NCBI GenBank assembly: GCA_963848295.1
Contig: CAWKDB010000002.1
Location: 1,056,001 to 1,120,000 of the forward strand
From: an uncultured delta proteobacterium
Lineage (GTDB): Bacteria > Myxococcota_A > Polyangia > Haliangiales > Haliangiaceae
Direction of reading: 5' to 3'
Length of the DNA stretch: 64,000 nt
Of this stretch, positions 1-10,331 are shown piece by piece. Within the stretch, counting starts at the first letter, position 1; the number at the start of each line of letters is the position of its first letter. Under the pieces are notes generated by a model. The model did not search any database and was not told where the DNA came from. It was given only the letters and a program-made list of their open reading frames with translations. A program made the translations under genes and the position numbers.

Positions 1-1066
1 TCAAGACGATCACGCCGCGCACGATCTCGGCGAGATCGCAGGGCTCGCGAAACAGGTCGCCTCGGCGGCGCCACCCGGCGTCGTCATGCCATCGGCCGAT
101 CCGAGCGCGCGGATGAGCGACTCGATGCAGTTCGTCTTGCCCGAGCGCCTCGGCGATCCGGGCGTGCCGGTGCCGGCGATTCCGCAGCCGGTCGACGGTC
201 AGACGATGGTGTCGCTCGCCGTCAAGATGGCGGCGCCGTCGGCCGCCGGCGCCGCCGGGGTTCGGACGGCGTCGGGCGGGTTCGCGCCGCTGCCGTTGTC
301 TCAGCTCGCGACCGAGCAGCTCGTTCGTCCGAACGACGGCACGCACCCGTTCGAGCTCACCGATTCGGGGTCGCTCGTCATCCGGGTCACCGAGCGCGTG
401 ATGACCCGGCTCGACGATGTTCACGTCACCGGAGGCGATCTCGCGTTCGAGCCCGCGCTGCGCCGGTCGCGCGGTCATCAGAGCGACATCAAGTTCGACT
501 ATGGCGGGGCGGCGCTCTACTCGGTCAGCGGTCACGGTTACCTCATCGCGGTGCCGAACAAGCGCGCGTATACGGCGGTCGAGCTCGACGACGACATCTT
601 CTATCTGCGAGAGGATCTCGTGTTCGCGTTCGAGTCGACGCTGCGCTGGGAGAGCGGCAACGTACCGGGGTTGCGCGGCCGGCTCCCGGTCGTCCAGTTT
701 CGCGGCGACGGTGCGGTCGCGCTGCGCAGCGAGAAGCCGCTCGTCCGGATCAAGCTCCCCGCGAATGGCGTCGTGTTCGTCGCGGCGACGCGGATGGCAG
801 GCTGGATCGGTCGCGTGATTCCGCGCGCGGTCGTACCGCCGAGCGGCGGGCCGATGGGCGAGATGTGTATCGAATGCACCGGCGAAGGCGTCGTGCTCGT
901 CGATCCGGTCGGCGATCCGACGGGCCTGGCTCCGGAAGTGCCGGCGGCACCTCCAAGTGCGGTTGCGAGGCCGACCGCGAACGGCGAGGAACCGTCGCAA
1001 GTCGAGAAGGCGCTCAGCGACGAGCTCGCGTTCGACGACCTCGGCGAATCACGCGACGAGATCTGA
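1..1066 (+). CDS. AIM24-family domain protein, 5' end outside the window
   Basis: The reading frame of ORF 86..1066 is open back to the window edge. The C-terminal half has AIM24-like segments (YLREDLVFAFESTLRWE, VVQFRGDGAVAL, CTGEGVVLV). Confidence 0.7.
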   Translation, partial: QDDHAAHDLGEIAGLAKQVASAAPPGVVMPSADPSARMSDSMQFVLPERLGDPGVPVPAIPQPVDGQTMVSLAVKMAAPSAAGAAGVRTASGGFAPLPLSQLATEQLVRPNDGTHPFELTDSGSLVIRVTERVMTRLDDVHVTGGDLAFEPALRRSRGHQSDIKFDYGGAALYSVSGHGYLIAVPNKRAYTAVELDDDIFYLREDLVFAFESTLRWESGNVPGLRGRLPVVQFRGDGAVALRSEKPLVRIKLPANGVVFVAATRMAGWIGRVIPRAVVPPSGGPMGEMCIECTGEGVVLVDPVGDPTGLAPEVPAAPPSAVARPTANGEEPSQVEKALSDELAFDDLGESRDEI

Positions 1067-2391
1067 TGGGCGATGGGCCGATCGCGGCGGCCGCACGGCT
1101 CGCGGGGCTGCGAGGACGCGCGCTGCTGCACTCGGCGAGTAACCACGACGAGCTCGGAGCATGGTCGTTCGTCGCCGCCGAACCGTCCGCGACGTTGATC
1201 GCGCGCGGCCGGTCGCTCGTTCGACTCGATGCCGACGGTCGTCCCAGCGCGCGGTTCACCGCAGACCCGTTCGAAGCCGCGCAGGAGTTTCTCGCCGAGC
1301 ACGGCGCGACGTTCGGCGACGGTGACGGTCGGCCGCCCGAACCGTCGGTGATCGGCTACGTCGGCTACGATCTCGCGCGCGTCGTCGAGAGGCTGCCAGG
1401 CGGCAGCAAGCGCGGCTACGAGGGTGCGGATCTGTGGCTCGGCGCGTACGGCGCGGTCGCGCGGTGGAGCACGCATGGCGACGGCGCGGAGATCGTCGGG
1501 CGCGATCCGGTGGCACGCGATCGACTCGCCGGTTTACTAGCCGCGGGGGACCCTCGGCCCGCCGCGCCCCCCGCGATCGGCGAGCTCGTCGCCGACGATG
1601 ACGGCGCGCATCACATCGCGCGCGTACAGCGCATCCACGACTACCTCGCCGCCGGCGACGTCTATCAGGTCAACCTCGCCCGCCGGCTCGTCGCGCCGAT
1701 CGAACGACAAGGCGATCCGCTCGCGCTCTACGCGGCGCTCGCCCGCGTCGCACCAGCACCCTACGGCGCGTTACTCGAGACCGATGGCCTCGCGCTGATC
1801 TCGGGGTCGCCCGAACGGTTCCTCGCGCGCGCGGGCCAGCGGATCGAGACCCGCCCGATCAAGGGCACGCGCGAGCTCGGCGCAGGCGGCGCCGAGGCGC
1901 TCGCGAGCTCGCCGAAAGATGCGGCCGAGCACCTGATGATCGTCGACCTCGAGCGCAACGACCTCGGGCGCATCGCCGAGACCGGGAGTGTCGCGGTCGA
2001 TCGGCTCGGTTACGTCGTCGAGCTACCGGCGCTCTATCACCTCGTGTCGCGAGTCAGCGCGCGCCCGCGAGCCGACGTCGGATATGCCGGCGTACTGCGC
2101 GCGATGTTCCCCGGCGGCTCGATCACCGGCGCACCGAAGATCCGCGCGATGCAGCTGATCGACGAGCTCGAGCCGGCTCGTCGCGGCGCGTACTGCGGAG
2201 CGCTCGGCTACTTCGGCGCAGCCGGCGCATTCGATCTCGCGCTCGCGATCCGGATCGGCGTGATCGCCGGCCGCGAGCTCCGCGTTCACGTCGGCGGGGG
2301 CATCGTCGCGGATTCCGATCCGGCGGCCGAGCTCGCCGAAGCGGAGCTCAAAGCCGCCGGCTGGCGCGCCGCGCTCAGAACCCTTGCGTGA
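1066..2391 (+). CDS. pabB: Aminodeoxychorismate synthase component I / anthranilate synthase component I family (chorismate-binding)
   Basis: Motifs GDVYQVNL, SPERFL, TRPIKGT, KDAAEHLMIVDLERNDLGR, FPGGSITGAPKIRAM and VGGGIVADS. The ATG overlaps the upstream TGA (TGATG at 1064-1068). Confidence 0.8.
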   Translation: MGDGPIAAAARLAGLRGRALLHSASNHDELGAWSFVAAEPSATLIARGRSLVRLDADGRPSARFTADPFEAAQEFLAEHGATFGDGDGRPPEPSVIGYVGYDLARVVERLPGGSKRGYEGADLWLGAYGAVARWSTHGDGAEIVGRDPVARDRLAGLLAAGDPRPAAPPAIGELVADDDGAHHIARVQRIHDYLAAGDVYQVNLARRLVAPIERQGDPLALYAALARVAPAPYGALLETDGLALISGSPERFLARAGQRIETRPIKGTRELGAGGAEALASSPKDAAEHLMIVDLERNDLGRIAETGSVAVDRLGYVVELPALYHLVSRVSARPRADVGYAGVLRAMFPGGSITGAPKIRAMQLIDELEPARRGAYCGALGYFGAAGAFDLALAIRIGVIAGRELRVHVGGGIVADSDPAAELAEAELKAAGWRAALRTLA

Positions 2392-3102
2392 TGAACGTGA
2401 GCGCGTCCGGCGCGACCGGCACGTTCGGAATCGCGACCGCGGTGCCACCCATCGGGGTGAGGTTGACCGTCGTCGTCGCGACCCCGAGGTTCGGAAGCCA
2501 GACATCTCGCCGTACGGTCCGGTCTCGCCGTTCACGACCCACTGGGTCGAGCTCGTCGCCGAATCGTAGTAGTAGCCGACGTTCTCGTCGGTGTCGGTCG
2601 CCACGACGTTCTCGAGCGGCGCGCCGCCCTGGACGGCTTGCGCGATCACGCCGCCGGTGCCGGCGACGACGATCACGCCCGAGCCGAGCGCGAGGTCGCT
2701 GAACGTCGACGCCGACAGCATCGGGATCTGGTTGACCGCGCCGAAAGGCATCAGCGAGGTGGTCATGTTCGTGCCGGTGATGACCCACACGAGATCGGTG
2801 CCGAGTTGCGTCGCGATCGAGAACGCCCCGTTGTCCGCCGTCGTCGCGGTCGCGGCGCCGAGCGTCACGGTCAGGCCGCCGGCGCCGGTCGGGTCGCAGA
2901 CGTCGAGCTGGCGCGCATCCGACGCGACGCAGACTCGGCCGTTCAGCGTTCCAGATCCGCCGTCGGGCGCATCGATCACGTAGGCATCTGGGGGCTCGCC
3001 GGTGTTGCCGCCGCCACCACCGCCACCGATGATCGGAAAGCCGGGATGGTCGGCCTTGCACCCCATCGCGAGCAGGAGCGCGACCACGGCCAGATTGCTC
3101 AT
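2375..3102 (-). CDS. Putative lipoprotein, one frameshift near 2505
   Basis: Lipobox MSNLAVVALLLAMG-C followed by a Gly linker. The protein-like sequence switches from ORF 2023..3162 to the tail of ORF 2375..3061 (VWLPNLGVATTTV...FITQGF). Confidence 0.65.
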
Positions 3103-3106
3103 ACGG

Positions 3107-3658
3107 TCATGATACCGCCCGCGCCCTGCGGTCGCGAAGATTCCGGACGTGCTGTGGCGCACTCTCGAGCAACAACAAGGCGATGCCGACGAGCAGCGCG
3201 ACGTCGGCGACGTTGAAGACCGGCCAATCGTGGCGCCCGGCGTGCCAGTGTACGAAGTCGGTGACCCAGCCGTTGCGCAGGCGGTCGAGCAGGTTACCGA
3301 GTGCGCCTCCGGCGATCATCGCAAACGCGACTCGCCGCAACCGCTGCTCCGGTCGACTGCGCGACGCCGCAAACCCGATCGCGATCAGCGCGGCGACCGC
3401 GACGATCGGCAGCGCGATGCGTCCCCAGGTCGTGTGCGCAAACCCCGAGAACGCGACGCCGGTGTTGTACTCGAGCTGCCAATCCCACAATCCGCCGACC
3501 ACCGACACCGGCGTTCCGCCGCAGTGCTGCGCGGCGAGCTCGCTTGCGGTGCAGCCGGCAGGAACCGGCAGGCCTTGCGCCCACGCCTTGCTGCCCTGAT
3601 CGAGCGCGAACGTGACGACCGCGATCGCGACGAAGATCACTGCCCGCTGCTTGTTCAC
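3107..3658 (-). CDS. lspA: Lipoprotein signal peptidase II (copy 2)
   Basis: Motifs DQGSK, NTGVAFS, GGALGNLLDR, VTDF and WPVFNVAD. Confidence 0.92.
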   Translation of the reverse strand: MNKQRAVIFVAIAVVTFALDQGSKAWAQGLPVPAGCTASELAAQHCGGTPVSVVGGLWDWQLEYNTGVAFSGFAHTTWGRIALPIVAVAALIAIGFAASRSRPEQRLRRVAFAMIAGGALGNLLDRLRNGWVTDFVHWHAGRHDWPVFNVADVALLVGIALLLLESAPQHVRNLRDRRARAVS

Positions 3659-3695
3659 GGGGCGACGACCGCGCGCGGCGGCCCCGATATTCCCG

Positions 3696-4346
3696 CTACA
3701 TCTTGACGAGCCCGGCGGCCTTCGCCTTCTCGAGCCGGAGCTGCTTGCGCGCTTTGTCGCGCTTATTCTCTTTCTGGATATCGATGAACATCAAGCCGAC
3801 ACCGACGACGAGCACGATGTCGGCGACGTTGAACACCGGCCACTCGTGCTTGCCGTAGTGGAGGAGCACGAAGTCGGTCACGACGCCGTAGTAGATGCGA
3901 TCGATCAGGTTTCCGACCGCGCCGCCGGCGACGAGCGCGAGCGCCCAGTGCAGCACGCGTTGATCCCAACGCGCCTTGTACAGCATGTAGACCATGCCGA
4001 CCACCGCGCCGATCCCGACGAGCGACAGCGCCACGCGCGCGAACGCCTGGTTGTTCGCGAACAGCCCGAACGCCGAGCCCGGGTTCATCGACAGCCGCCA
4101 ATCCCAGAACGAGCCGAGCACCGAGACGTTATCGCCGTGACAGTGGCCGGTGATGAAGTCCGCGGGAACCGCACAGCCCTTCGGCGACACCGGCAGCGAG
4201 CCGCGCGCCCAGATCTTCGTCACTTGATCCGCGACCAAGGATAGCAAGCCCGCGATCGCGAACACCCGCCACTTGTGATCGGCGCGCGGCTGCGCCGGCG
4301 GCTTGTCGTCGGCAACGGCGGGCTCGGCGGCTTCGGTCTCGGCCAT
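3696..4346 (-). CDS. lspA: Lipoprotein signal peptidase II (copy 1)
   Basis: Motifs DQVTK, NPGSAFG, GGAVGNLIDR, VTDF and WPVFNVAD. It starts immediately after the ileS stop, the classic ileS-lspA arrangement. Confidence 0.92.
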   Translation of the reverse strand: MAETEAAEPAVADDKPPAQPRADHKWRVFAIAGLLSLVADQVTKIWARGSLPVSPKGCAVPADFITGHCHGDNVSVLGSFWDWRLSMNPGSAFGLFANNQAFARVALSLVGIGAVVGMVYMLYKARWDQRVLHWALALVAGGAVGNLIDRIYYGVVTDFVLLHYGKHEWPVFNVADIVLVVGVGLMFIDIQKENKRDKARKQLRLEKAKAAGLVKM

Positions 4347-4348
4347 CG

Positions 4349-7198
4349 TCAGGACTCTCTCGCCACGAGCGCCGCGGCGCAACGGTCGCACACGTCGTTC
4401 GGCTCGGCCGCGAGCCGATCGTAGTGCTCGCCAGCACCGCTCGCAACGCGGGCCCGGATGGACCTCGACCACGACACCGACGTTGCCCTCCACGATGTCG
4501 ACCTCGGACACGATGAAGATCTCCGCGAGCTCGGTCGCGTAGCTCCGCAGCTCGGGCAGTTGCTCGGGTGGCGCGGAGATCGTGACCTTCGCGTCGACGG
4601 ACTTGCGCTTCTCGGCGCGGAACGGCTCGAGCGCCGCGTTGACGCGCTCGCGCCAGGCCATCAAGAACTTCCAGGTCTCGAGCGCGCGTCCGTCGGGCTC
4701 GGAGTCCTCTCCGAACGTCGCGAGGTGAACGCTGTCCGGGCTCGCCGTGAGGCCGCGGCAGATACTTCCAGATGTCCTCGGCGGTGAAGCACAGGATCGG
4801 CGCCGACGATGCTCGCGATCGCGCTCGCGCACTCCACAGCACCCACTGCGCGCTGCGCCGCTCGTCGGAGGCGGTCGCGTTCGAATACAGCCGGTCCTTC
4901 GCGATGTCCGAGTACCGCGCCGACACGTCGATCGTGACGAACTCGACGAGCGCGCGATGCACGTTGTGCAGCTCGTAGCGCTCGTAGGCCGCGCGACAGC
5001 GATGCTCGAAGTCGTCGATCACCTGGATCATCGCCGCGTCGATCGGCGGGCGCACGCCACGATGGGGGACATCGGGATCGAAGTCGTTGAGGTTGCCGAG
5101 CAGGAACCGCGCGGTGTTGCGCAGCTTGCGATACCAATCGGCGAGCCCGTCGAGCAGCGCCTGCGAGTACGGCATGTCGTTGCGGAACTCGATCGAGCCG
5201 ACCCACAGCCGGAACATCTCCGCGCCCGACTTCGCGATCACGCTGTCGGGCTCGATGTAGCTCGTCTTCTTGCCCTCGGCCTTCGCCTTTTCGATCGCGC
5301 TCTTGCGAGTATTCCTTGCCGTGCTCGTCGAGCACGAACCCGTGCGTGATGACTTGCTTGTACGGCGCACGGCCCATCAGGCCGATGCCGGCGAGCAGCG
5401 AGCTGTGAAACCAGCCGCGGTGCTGATCGCTGCCTTCGAGGTAGAGGTCGATGTGCTTGTAGTCGGCGCCGTCGCGGCGGCGCTCCATCGCGAGCCACGA
5501 CACGCCCGATTCGAACCACACGTCGACGATATCTTTTTCCTTCTCGAGCTGTCGGTCGACTTGCAGTTGCTTGCATGCGGTGCCGGGCGGGACGAGCTCG
5601 GCGACGCTCATCGTCCACCATGCATCGGCGCCGTGCTGCGTGAAGATCGCCGCGATGTGATCCATCGTGTCGGCGTCGCGTGCTCGGTGCCGCACGCCTT
5701 GCAGTAGAACGCCGGGATCGGCGTGCCCCACAGCCGCTGGCGCGACAGCACCCAGTCCGGCCGATGCTCGATCATCGCGTAGATGCGATCGTGGCCCCAC
5801 GCCGGGATCCACGTCGTCGCGTCGATCGCGGCAAGCGCTTTCTGGCGAAGCTCCTTGTGATCCATCGCGATGAACCACTGCGGTGTCGCGCGATAGATGA
5901 TCGGGTTCTTGCAGCGCCAGCAGTGCGCATAGGAGTGTCGGATCTTGATCGGTCGGCGGGTTGAGCAAGTAGCCGTGCTCGTGGAGCCACGCCGTGATGA
6001 TCGGGTTCGCCTCGTCGGTGGTCTTGCCTTCGAGCTCGCAGCGGCGTGCCAGAGGTGTAGCGACCCGCGTCGTCGAGCGGCGCATACGCGGGCAAGCCGT
6101 GCGCGACGCCGGTGCGATAGTCGTCGGCGCCGTGACCGGGCGCGGTGTGGACGAGGCCCGTGCCGGTGTCGGCGGTGACGTAGTCGGCGAACCACAGCTT
6201 CCAGCACTCGGCGTTCTGCGGTTCGGTCACGAATGGATGGCGATAGCGCGCGCCTTCGAGCTTCTTCATCTCGGTCGGCGTAATCTCGATCGCGCTGCTG
6301 AGGTCGAGGCCGCCGATCGCCTCGCCGACCGATTCGGCGAGCTCCTTCGCGACGATCAGATACTCGACTTCATCTTGCCGCAGCTGCGAGGGCCCGCTGC
6401 CGGGAGACGACGCGGGATCGCGACGTACGTGAAGTCGGGATGCGCGACGATCGCGAGGTTCGCGGGCAGCGTCCACGGCGTGGTCGTCCAGATCACGAGC
6501 GACGCGGGCTTGCCGCCGCCACCCCGCCTCGAGCGGGAACCGCACGTACACCGACGGCGACGACTTGTCCTTGTATTCGATCTCCGCCTCGGCAAGCGCG
6601 GTCTGATCGCGCGGGCACCAGATCACCGGCTTCTTGCCGCGATACAGCCAGCCGCCGCGCGTGAACGTCGCGAGCGCGCTCGCGATCGCACCTTCGTACG
6701 AGTTGTCGAGCGTGAGGTACGGCTCGCGCCACGCGCCGAGCACGCCGAGCCGCTCGAACTCGGTGCGCTGGATCGCGACGAACTTCAGCGCGTAGTCGCG
6801 GCACGCCCGGCGGATCTCGGCGACCGACATCGCCTTGCGCTTGGGCCCGAGCTCGCGCTCGACCGCGAGCTCGATCGGGAGGCCGTGCGTATCCCAGCCC
6901 GGCACGTACGGCGTGCGGAAACCCGGCCATCGTGCGCGACTTGACGACGATGTCCTTGAGGATCTTGTTGAGGATGTGGCCGTAGTGGATGTGGCCGTTC
7001 GAGTACGGCGGGCCATCGTGCAGCACCCACAGCGGCGCGTCGGCGCGCGCGGCTTGGATTCGCTCGTACAGCTTCGTCGCTGCCCATTCGGCCAGGATCT
7101 CGGGCTCGCGCTTCGCGAGATCGCCGCGCATCGGGAACGCGCGTCTCCGGCAGGTTGACGCTGTCCTTGTACTTGGACTGAGAACCTTGGCCCGACAT
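4349..7198 (-). CDS. ileS: Isoleucine--tRNA ligase (type 1 architecture), broken by roughly a dozen indels
   Basis: Fragments across frames give [105 protein letters not shown] and the C-terminal zinc finger CERCW...CDRC. Confidence 0.95.
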
Positions 7199-7295
7199 CG
7201 GGCGCGGACCATAGCACCGGGAACAAGCGGATCCCTCCCCGCACTAGCCGTTCGTGCGACTTCGCGGGCCACATGCGCGGGCCTACTATGGCGCC

Positions 7296-7775
7296 ATGGC
7301 GGAAGCAGGAACGCGTGCATCGTGGGACGAGTACTTCATGAGCATCGCGCAGGTGGTCGCGACGCGATCGACGTGCCCGCGCAAGTACGTCGGCTCGGTG
7401 CTGGTCAAGAACCGCACGATCTTGTCGACCGGCTATAACGGCTCGATCCGCGGCATGCCGCACTGCTCGGATGTCGGCCACATGATGGAGGACAACCACT
7501 GCGTCGCGACGATCCACGCCGAGGCGAACGCGATCATCCAAGCGGCGCGCAACGGCGTGATGATCGACGGCTCGGCTTGCTACGTCACCGCGAGCCCGTG
7601 CTGGAACTGCTTCAAGCAACTCGCGAACGCCGGCATCACGCGGATCTGCTTCGGCGAGTTCTATCGCGACGAACGCATCTTCGAGATCGCGAACAAGATC
7701 AACATCGAGCTACTCCATGTGCCGTTGCCCGGCGTAAATCTGCCGGCGCTTCCGTCGGCGGCCGCGAAAGTCTGA
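7296..7775 (+). CDS. dCMP deaminase / ComEB-family zinc deaminase
   Basis: Motifs WDEYFM, RSTC, TGYNG, HAEANAI and SPCWNC. Confidence 0.9.
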   Translation: MAEAGTRASWDEYFMSIAQVVATRSTCPRKYVGSVLVKNRTILSTGYNGSIRGMPHCSDVGHMMEDNHCVATIHAEANAIIQAARNGVMIDGSACYVTASPCWNCFKQLANAGITRICFGEFYRDERIFEIANKINIELLHVPLPGVNLPALPSAAAKV

Positions 7776-7800
7776 GCCAGCGTCAGCCGCTCCGTAATCA

Positions 7801-7851
7801 GATCGTGTACGCGTCCGTGTCACGTGGCACGTGCTCGTACTCGTACACGAT
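7801..7851. repeat. Imperfect hairpin built from hexamer-periodic units
   Basis: ATCGTGTACG (7802-7811) is the reverse complement of CGTACACGAT (7842-7851), and the inner arms pair with periodic mismatches. A similar element lies at 54844-54888. Confidence 0.55.
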
Positions 7852-7973
7852 TCGAAAATCCGGAGGCGTTAGTTGGGGTACAAACCTTTCGCGAGATCAC
7901 CTGAACAGCTGTCACGTGAACGTCGCTTTTCAGGGCTGGAATTGTTGAGATCGGCCGCGCTCCCGGCCTAGCC

Positions 7974-8684
7974 TTGCTGTCCGTGCGGCGCTTGACCCTC
8001 CTCGTTGTGGCTGCGCTATGCGCCGGTGGCTCGGCGATCGCGGCGCCGACTGCGGCGGCCCACAAGTCGACCAACAAGGGCACGATGAAGCAGTGCGAGG
8101 GCAAGAAGTGCCACCGCGTCGCCGTGTTCCAGGGCCACAACGCCGCGTCGTCGACGCTGCGCACCGCTCCGCTCGAAAAGCCGTCGGGGGACATCTGGCT
8201 CAAGGCCGAGAACCTAGGCGAAGAGACCAAGGTCAACATCTATAAGTCGGATGGCTCGTTCGACGACGCCTCGCTCGCGAAGCTCGACGAGATGTTCCGC
8301 TGCGTCAAGACCGGCGAGGTCCGCGCGGTACGCCCCGAGCTCTACGAGCAGCTGTCGCGAATCTCCGACCACTTCGATCACAAGCGCATCGACCTGGTAT
8401 CTGGGTTCCGGTTCGCCGAGCGCGACTCCAGCCGCCACTTCCACGCGTCTGCGATGGACATCCACATCGTCGGCGTGTCGATCCGCGACATGTACAACTT
8501 CGCCGAGACCCTCGACTCCGGCAACATGGGCATCGGCATCTACCCGAGCAGCGGCTTCATCCACGTCGACTTCCGCGCCCCGGGCGAGCCGAGCTATCGC
8601 TGGACCGATTACTCGGGCCATGGTGGCAGCGGCACCAAGAGGCCGAAGCCCCGTACGCAGCCTGCGCGGAAGCCCGTCAGCTAG
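7974..8684 (+). CDS. YcbK/DUF882-family secreted peptidase M15-like protein
   Basis: Signal peptide, then VSGFR, SRHFHASAMDI and GIGIYPSSGFIHVD (His/Asp/His zinc ligands). Confidence 0.85.
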   Translation: MLSVRRLTLLVVAALCAGGSAIAAPTAAAHKSTNKGTMKQCEGKKCHRVAVFQGHNAASSTLRTAPLEKPSGDIWLKAENLGEETKVNIYKSDGSFDDASLAKLDEMFRCVKTGEVRAVRPELYEQLSRISDHFDHKRIDLVSGFRFAERDSSRHFHASAMDIHIVGVSIRDMYNFAETLDSGNMGIGIYPSSGFIHVDFRAPGEPSYRWTDYSGHGGSGTKRPKPRTQPARKPVS

Positions 8685-8788
8685 GGACGCTGTCTCTTTT
8701 GTCACCCTGCGCCCAGCGGCCGATCGGCTAACCCGCGGCTTTCAGAGGCGCTTTCATGGGGACGCTGTCTCTTTTGTCACCTTGCGCC
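8684..8788 (+). repeat. Pair of 30-bp direct repeats (period 75 bp)
   Basis: GGGACGCTGTCTCTTTTGTCACCCTGCGCC at 8684-8713 and GGGACGCTGTCTCTTTTGTCACCTTGCGCC at 8759-8788 (1 mismatch), lying between convergent genes. Confidence 0.9.
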
Positions 8789-8794
8789 GGGTGA

Positions 8795-9256
8795 CTAGCC
8801 CGGCGTCAAGCTCGCATCACCGATCGCATCGCGCACGTCGGTGACCGCTTTGAAGTCGGCATTCGGCGCGTCCTTGCCGATGTGCGAACCGCACCGCGCC
8901 TTCGCGCCGTGCTTCACGCACCCGGTCTCGCGATGTTCGGCACTGTTGCGGCTCGGCGCCGGCTTGGTGTTCGGCATCGCATCGAGTTTTGCGAGTGCGG
9001 CGGTGAGCTTCGCGGCGTCCTTGACCGTCGTGTCGCCACGCTTCGGTTTGGTATCGGGCTGGCCGGCGTTGCGTCCCGAGTACGTCTGTTCGTAGTGAAC
9101 CTTGTCGCCGGTCACCGTGATGGCGGTGTGCCAGACCGACATGTCCTTCGACATCTCGCCGGCGTCCCAGGTCAGCATGACGTCGGGGCCGGCCGGCTGA
9201 GCCGCCGCGGTTCCGACGAGCGCCGCGAACACAACAGTTCCAAGTAGTAGTCGCAT
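8795..9256 (-). CDS. Secreted hypothetical protein
   Basis: Signal peptide MRLLLGTVVFAALVGTAAA-Q and a protein-like composition. Confidence 0.65.
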   Translation of the reverse strand: MRLLLGTVVFAALVGTAAAQPAGPDVMLTWDAGEMSKDMSVWHTAITVTGDKVHYEQTYSGRNAGQPDTKPKRGDTTVKDAAKLTAALAKLDAMPNTKPAPSRNSAEHRETGCVKHGAKARCGSHIGKDAPNADFKAVTDVRDAIGDASLTPG

Positions 9257-9437
9257 GGTCGGCATCCTACCGCACTGTGGTTTTGCGATTCCGAGATCTT
9301 GCGACTCTCGGTGAGCGCCCCCGTCCGGACCAGAAGTGGGGCTGCCCGTCTGCATCATCTGCCGCGACGGTCTGCGCGTCGTGGTACGCGACCGCGTCGC
9401 TCCGATCGTGCGTGTGGTTCCGTGGCAGAATCCCTGG

Positions 9438-10331
9438 GTGGATTCCGGCGCGATCATGCGCGACGTCTTGGCGCGACTCGAGCCGAAACCGCGGGAGCAA
9501 GTTACCGCGGCCGGGCTCGGTGCCCAGCTCGCGACCGCGCTCGCGACCGTCCACAGCCGGTGGCCGCACGCTCCCGAGCCCGACGCCGGGTTTGTCGATC
9601 ACCTCACGGCGAGCCTCGCGGGCCAACCGGATCTCACGACGGCGTTGCCCCGGCTCCGCCTCGACGACCTCTACCTCGCGTGGTGGTCCGGCCGCGGAGA
9701 CCAAGCCGCGATCATCGCGTTCGAGCAAGCGTTCGCGGAGGACATCAACCGGTTGGTCGCGCGGTTCCATCGCCTGCCGCCGTCCGAGCTGCGCCAGCGG
9801 TTGCGGATCAAGCTGTTCGTCGGCGCGCGGCCGCGGATTCGCGAGTACTCCGGCTTCGGGTTCCTGCAGAACTGGCTGCGGGTCGCCGCCGCGCGCGCAT
9901 TCGTCGACGCGGCGCGCAGTGATCGCAGCTTGCGCTACGAAGAAGAGCTCGACGAAGGTGAGCTGCTCGGGCTCGCCGCACCGGGCGATCCGCGCAACTC
10001 GAAGATGCGCGAGCAGATGGGCAGCGCCGTCAAGCGAGCGTTCGCGGATGCGGTCGCGACGCTCGCGCCTCGGCAACGCACGTTCTTGCGCCACGCCTAC
10101 GTCGATCGCTTGACGCTCGATCAGATCGCGACGACGTACGCCGTGCACCGCGCCACCGTGGCTCGCACGCTCGCGAGCGCACGCGAGCAACTGATCGAGC
10201 GGACGCGCGCGGCGGTCGCGGTCGAGCTCGGCGTCGGCGCGGACGATCTGGCGAGCGCGATCGCGGCGCTCGATACCCACCTCGAGCTGTCGTTGTCGCG
10301 CGTGTTGCGCAGCGAGGCGGTCGAGAAGTGA
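9438..10331 (+). CDS. Myxobacterial ECF-type RNA polymerase sigma-70 factor
   Basis: Motifs DLYLAW, ELRQRLRIKLFVG...IREYSG.G.LQNWLRVAAAR, a region-4 HTH (LTLDQIATTYAVHRATVARTL) and the terminal LELSLSRVL. The start codon is approximate. Confidence 0.85.
   Translation: MDSGAIMRDVLARLEPKPREQVTAAGLGAQLATALATVHSRWPHAPEPDAGFVDHLTASLAGQPDLTTALPRLRLDDLYLAWWSGRGDQAAIIAFEQAFAEDINRLVARFHRLPPSELRQRLRIKLFVGARPRIREYSGFGFLQNWLRVAAARAFVDAARSDRSLRYEEELDEGELLGLAAPGDPRNSKMREQMGSAVKRAFADAVATLAPRQRTFLRHAYVDRLTLDQIATTYAVHRATVARTLASAREQLIERTRAAVAVELGVGADDLASAIAALDTHLELSLSRVLRSEAVEK

Noticed and set aside
8684..8788. Repeat-spacer-repeat as a CRISPR array (also 13098-13201)
   Set aside because: There are only two repeats per locus, the copies diverge, and there is no leader or cas gene in the window. 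The position between convergent genes fits an intergenic repeat better.
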